From the NCBI GenBank assembly GCA_016933575.1, contig JAFGAR010000028.1, positions 156,530-220,529 of the forward strand: a DNA stretch of 64,000 nt, written 5' to 3'. The notes beneath the pieces were generated by a model, which made no database searches, was not told the DNA's origin, and was given only the letters and a program-made list of their open reading frames with translations. Positions within the stretch are counted from its first letter, which is position 1; every line of letters begins with the position of its first letter. This DNA comes from Candidatus Thorarchaeota archaeon. GTDB lineage: Archaea; Asgardarchaeota; Thorarchaeia; Thorarchaeales; Thorarchaeaceae. Made by a program: the position numbers and the translations under genes. Positions 60,435-64,000 of this stretch are shown here, one piece after another.

Positions 60435-60484
60435 TTATAAAATACCAGTATGAAATTTGCACTAGCTGTAATCCTTATAAAATA
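60435..60484. promoter_or_regulatory. two identical TATA-box-like 10-mers TTATAAAATA spaced 40 bp apart
   Basis: The copies lie at 60435-60444 and 60475-60484 in the divergent GNAT/pirin intergenic region. The second is about 30 nt upstream of ATG 60515, consistent with a near-leaderless pirin mRNA. Promoter function is inferred. Confidence 0.3.
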
Positions 60485-60514
60485 ACTATAGTGAATATGA
60501 TGGAGAGAATAACG

Positions 60515-61363
60515 ATGAATCAAATTCGTGGAATCAAGACTATCTTGCGAGGTAGAGAAACTAAGGATGGAGCTGGAGTACGCTTAACACGCATTTTCTC
60601 TAACAATGAGGTAGAGCTAACAGACCCTTTCCTTCTATTAGATTTCTTTGGATCGGACAATCCAGAAGAGTACATAGCAGGATTTCCATGGCACCCTCAT
60701 AGAGGTATTGAAACTATAACATACATGCTCAGCGGAGAAGTGAGACATGAAGATAGCCTCGGAAATAGTGGAGTAATTGAATCGGGGGACTGTCAATGGA
60801 TGACAGCAGGAAGTGGCATAATCCATCAGGAAATGCCTCGTCTTACTGAAGGTATGATGAAGGGATTTCAGTTATGGGCTAATCTTCCCAAGTCAAACAA
60901 GATGATGAATCCACGTTACCGAGATATCAAGGAAAGTGATATTCCAGAAGTCCTTTTAGATAATGGAACACAAATCAAAATAATTGCAGGGGAAGTAAAT
61001 GGAATTCGAGGTCCAGTAGAAGAAATAGTTACTGAACCAGAATATCTTGATATTATACTATCTCCAAGAACAGAATTCCAACACACAATAAAGAGAGGGC
61101 ATAATGCATTTGTATATGTCTTTGAAGGTCAGGGATATTTCGATGAAGGAAAGAAGGTATCTGTTGAAACAAACAGGTTAGTGATCTTTGAAGATGGTGA
61201 CATGGTTATTGCATCTTCTGGCGATTGTCATATGCGATTCCTCCTTATATCTGGAAAACCAATAGGTGAACCGATTGCTTGGTACGGACCAATTGTTATG
61301 AATACGCGAGAAGAGCTTGATATTGCCTTTCGAGAATATCGTGATGGCAACTTCATCAAATAA
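60515..61363 (+). CDS. pirin-family cupin protein
   Basis: WHPHRGIETITYML is the pirin metal motif, within a bicupin of ~283 aa. The ORF opens at GTG 60491. ATG 60515 (MNQIRGIK) is favoured by the TATA position. Confidence 0.85.
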   Translation: MNQIRGIKTILRGRETKDGAGVRLTRIFSNNEVELTDPFLLLDFFGSDNPEEYIAGFPWHPHRGIETITYMLSGEVRHEDSLGNSGVIESGDCQWMTAGSGIIHQEMPRLTEGMMKGFQLWANLPKSNKMMNPRYRDIKESDIPEVLLDNGTQIKIIAGEVNGIRGPVEEIVTEPEYLDIILSPRTEFQHTIKRGHNAFVYVFEGQGYFDEGKKVSVETNRLVIFEDGDMVIASSGDCHMRFLLISGKPIGEPIAWYGPIVMNTREELDIAFREYRDGNFIK

Positions 61364-62021
61364 ATATGGAAAGAATGTGGTTCAATCGCGTCTGAATTCT
61401 ATTCATTATATCATTGCGTCGAGACCAATAAGGCTCCTCAATTTGGTTTCGGCGAAATCGTTTTTGCATCATAGGAAATGCATACTCAAGCTCCTTTTCT
61501 GCATCAGGATTATGGATATCACTAAGTGCAAGTAGAGTATAGAAATATGGAAATCCCTTCCAACTACCGTTTCCATCTCTGTGCTTAACAAGTTCAGATA
61601 GCAATCCCGCAAGTTTGGCCTGCGACTCTTTTGCAGACAAGTAGCGCATGTACGATACTGTGGAATGTTTGCACTCACCAGTCGAACAGAATTCTGAAAA
61701 GCATTGTCGCTGAATCCATTTGTCAACTCGGTGAATGCATTCAGAAACATAGTCAGCTCTGGACTTCGACAAAAGCAAGGCTCTCGCAGCCTCTAGAGTG
61801 AGAATATTCTTTGCGGCTAGTTGCGTCTGAATTTTTTCGCCCGTGTATAATCTGGATTTTAGACCACTCACATTTCTCGTTTCGATAAAGACTCCTTCAT
61901 CTGAGCCATAGGCAAGTTGCTGGTTAATAATGAAACGGAGCACATTATCATTGTCGTTGGAAATTCCAGCTCGCCATGCTTCTTCTATAACGAGAATGGC
62001 TTCTGTCAAGCTATCAAACAT
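61356..62021 (-). CDS. hypothetical helical protein, possibly alpha/alpha-toroid (prenyltransferase/terpene-cyclase-repeat-like)
   Basis: KHRDGNGSWKGFPYFYTLLAL and QQLAYGSDEGVF resemble the DGxW-type repeats of alpha-toroid proteins. A Cys/His cluster QCFSEFCSTGECKH is present. The assignment is weak. Confidence 0.45.
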   Translation of the reverse strand: MFDSLTEAILVIEEAWRAGISNDNDNVLRFIINQQLAYGSDEGVFIETRNVSGLKSRLYTGEKIQTQLAAKNILTLEAARALLLSKSRADYVSECIHRVDKWIQRQCFSEFCSTGECKHSTVSYMRYLSAKESQAKLAGLLSELVKHRDGNGSWKGFPYFYTLLALSDIHNPDAEKELEYAFPMMQKRFRRNQIEEPYWSRRNDIMNRIQTRLNHILSIFI

Positions 62022-62162
62022 ATCTAAGAATATAGTTGTATATCTATTATCGGTTTGACTCGGCCTGACCGAGTGTCATAATATGTTTTCAAGAATGCAA
62101 TAATCCTTATCTTGTGTCCTGTCAAGACATACTTGGAGTTCGTACAAAGGACCGATGAGCGC

Positions 62163-62744
62163 ATGAATGCTAAATTGTTTGTAGAACCACAGGGAAAGGC
62201 CAGGGAGCAAGTTGTCTTAGAATCATGTGTCCCGCTTGATATGAAACTATTCCGACAGTGGATGAAATCATGGATTCCAAATAAGGAGTTCAAGAAGTGG
62301 AATAAAGATTTGAGGTCGATAAAAGCGCTTGGTGAGATTAGACCAGGGAAAATTGTTGAAGCAACAAGACTCGATTCTGACGGGGCTTCTCAATTGAAAG
62401 GTGATTTCTTTGCGTGCCGCTCGTATATCACTGAAAGTACTGGCGCAAAGAAGAAACTCCCATTGGTGTTGATTGTTCGACTCAAGACGATGATTGACTA
62501 TGACTACTTTGCATCTAAAATGGCTCTAAATACTGACCAAGATGCTGAGATCAAGGAAGCTCTGAAAGAAGATGTCTGGGCACCTATTGCGGTCTGGCAT
62601 CCACAGACTGTTGATAGGAAACAGGTGATAAATGCTGTAGATGTTCTTGCTCATGCAATCCAATACACGAAGGCTCTATTTTTCCAAGATCTAAAGAGTG
62701 GGGATTTTTGTGAGTTCATTGAAACTGAGATACTCAAAAGATAA
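62163..62744 (+). CDS. hypothetical protein
   Basis: The ORF opens at TTG 62112, and the first ATG is at 62163 (MNAKLFVEPQ). No motif was recognised. Confidence 0.5.
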   Translation: MNAKLFVEPQGKAREQVVLESCVPLDMKLFRQWMKSWIPNKEFKKWNKDLRSIKALGEIRPGKIVEATRLDSDGASQLKGDFFACRSYITESTGAKKKLPLVLIVRLKTMIDYDYFASKMALNTDQDAEIKEALKEDVWAPIAVWHPQTVDRKQVINAVDVLAHAIQYTKALFFQDLKSGDFCEFIETEILKR

Positions 62745-62821
62745 CCACTTTCCCAGAGAGGGTAAGTCTTTTCTGCAAGTAATGCATTTTTCATAGCTTG
62801 GTTTTTGAGATGGTGGAGGCT

Positions 62822-64000
62822 ATGCAGATACCAGAGAACAAAGTTGGAATTCTGGTCGTATTATTCATCCTCTTTACAGTTTATTCAGCTAGTATCCACG
62901 GCGAAAGTGAAGGGAATTATGACAGCTCCACATTCGTACCAATCAATCTCCAATACAATGAGAAATCGGAAGTTGGCATCTTATCTGAAACTGGAAATGA
63001 GTTATTCGAGGATAACTTCACATCAATTCCACTGGGATTCAACATATCATTATGGAACATCTCGACGCAGAGTGATCCACCAATCATCTGGGAGGATGGA
63101 GAATGGTTGGTCTTGGAAGCCGAGCCTCTAACTTACTCGATTCTGAAATCAGTGACGAATGTGGGAAGTAATGTAATAGCAGAATTCAATATTACGTATA
63201 CAGAGGGCCTCTGTTACTTTGGTATTGGGTGGGGAGATAGATTAGTGGATTCTAGTAGCAATTGGAGATCGAATCTAAGACAATCAGAGAACGGTGTTTT
63301 CATCGATTATTGGGACAATGAGCTTTGCCTCGTAACATACTGCAATGGAGAGAGAGTAGCAGCACCAATCCATAACTTGACTTTGAATCGAGAACATGTA
63401 TTTACGATCGAGTGGCGCTCAACACTAGTTCGTCTGTTCATTGATAATCAAGTCAGAGGTACCATAAGTCGCAGGATACCTCAGAATCCCCTTCCATTTG
63501 TAATAACAACATCAGGTCATTATGAAACATCAAAGAAAGATCAATTGCGAATAAATTGCGTTAAAGTGTCATATCTTACAATTCCCTGCTCAACTCGACC
63601 GAGTATTGAACTTGTGTGGCCTATGAACCAAAGTCAAATCACAACTCATGACTCAATCGATTTTGATGTGATTAATTCTAATGGAGTTCTACTCTATTCA
63701 TGGAATAAGCAAGATAATGCAACAACTAATTCACCTTGGGATATTCCAGTCATATCAAGCCTTGGGAGTGCTATTCTAGAGGTCTTTGTTGAGAGTGAAT
63801 CAAGCATTTGGAATTCAATGACTCTTCAATATGAAATCGTTCATGATAAGTCAAGTTTCATGTGTCCCATGATGAGACAGAATCCTATAATTGATGGGAT
63901 AATAGATGTGAATGAGAAGCAACAAACCAATGAATTATTCTGCAAATGTATGAATGAAAATAGAGAGACAGAGGATATCACGATTCATTTTGGATTTCCA
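62822..64000 (+). CDS. secreted glycoprotein with ConA-like/LamG (GH16-like beta-sandwich) domain, partial (continues beyond the right edge)
   Basis: This ORF is not in the supplied track because it has no stop. I translated 393 codons from ATG 62822 to nt 64000 without finding one. It has a signal peptide (VGILVVLFILFTVYSASIHG) and 7 N-x-S/T sequons. HVFTIEWRSTLVRLFIDNQVRG resembles the GH16/LamG core strand pattern. Confidence 0.65.
   Translation, partial: MQIPENKVGILVVLFILFTVYSASIHGESEGNYDSSTFVPINLQYNEKSEVGILSETGNELFEDNFTSIPLGFNISLWNISTQSDPPIIWEDGEWLVLEAEPLTYSILKSVTNVGSNVIAEFNITYTEGLCYFGIGWGDRLVDSSSNWRSNLRQSENGVFIDYWDNELCLVTYCNGERVAAPIHNLTLNREHVFTIEWRSTLVRLFIDNQVRGTISRRIPQNPLPFVITTSGHYETSKKDQLRINCVKVSYLTIPCSTRPSIELVWPMNQSQITTHDSIDFDVINSNGVLLYSWNKQDNATTNSPWDIPVISSLGSAILEVFVESESSIWNSMTLQYEIVHDKSSFMCPMMRQNPIIDGIIDVNEKQQTNELFCKCMNENRETEDITIHFGFP

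Noticed and set aside
62805-63131. 108-aa ORF listed in the track at the right end.
   Set aside because: It is overlapped by a different frame (62822-64000) that stays open to the window edge. That frame encodes a signal peptide plus a coherent beta-sandwich-like sequence, so the listed ORF is most likely spurious.
1-64000. Search for tRNA, rRNA, CRISPR arrays, integrases/transposases and terminal repeats.
   Set aside because: No T-arm consensus (GGTTCGAAT/GGTTCAAAT) has flanking complementary stems. The one GGGTTCAAATCG at about 24671 lacks a pairing partner. No spaced direct-repeat array was seen, and no recombinase-like ORF. This visual scan cannot exclude short or degenerate elements.

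Overview
This looks like an archaeal chromosomal segment: about 40% GC by eye, roughly 90% coding, and about 59 protein genes. I found no rRNA, tRNA, CRISPR array, integrase or transposase. Archaeal origin is inferred from gene content: two PurP-type FAICAR synthetase paralogs, a type-2 IPP isomerase, an ATP-dependent DNA ligase, a Sec11-type signal peptidase, an ADP-forming acetyl-CoA synthetase alpha-type protein and a CetZ-like GTPase. No lineage can be assigned without searches. The centre-left is a tightly coupled ten-gene purine operon (purN-purF-purP-purP'-purC::purS-purQ-purL-purE::purM-purD-guaA, 8922-21165). It contains two gene fusions and several overlapping stop/start codons. The rest is mostly housekeeping and metabolism: HDAC-like deacetylase, DNA ligase, CooC-like ATPase, DUF255 thioredoxin-domain protein, aspartase/fumarase-family lyase, GGT, MBL-rhodanese, pirin, MFS and Na/Pi transporters, GNATs, and a receiver-PAS histidine kinase. 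Small accessory-looking islands are interspersed. The best candidate for an undescribed system is the leftmost three-gene operon (299-5502). A divergent FtsZ/tubulin-superfamily (CetZ-like) GTPase is translationally coupled between an ~900-aa and a 356-aa all-helical protein, neither with a recognisable domain. Secondary candidates are: a stand-alone DpdA/TGT-like transglycosylase next to the ligase; a radical-SAM/SPASM maturase co-transcribed with a membrane-anchored PPC-domain protein opposite a secreted papain-fold peptidase; an Orc1/Cdc6-like P-loop ATPase with an unassigned C-terminal domain; and a hairpin-dense 255-bp intergenic region. All functional calls come from reading motifs in the supplied translations. 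No database search was run.
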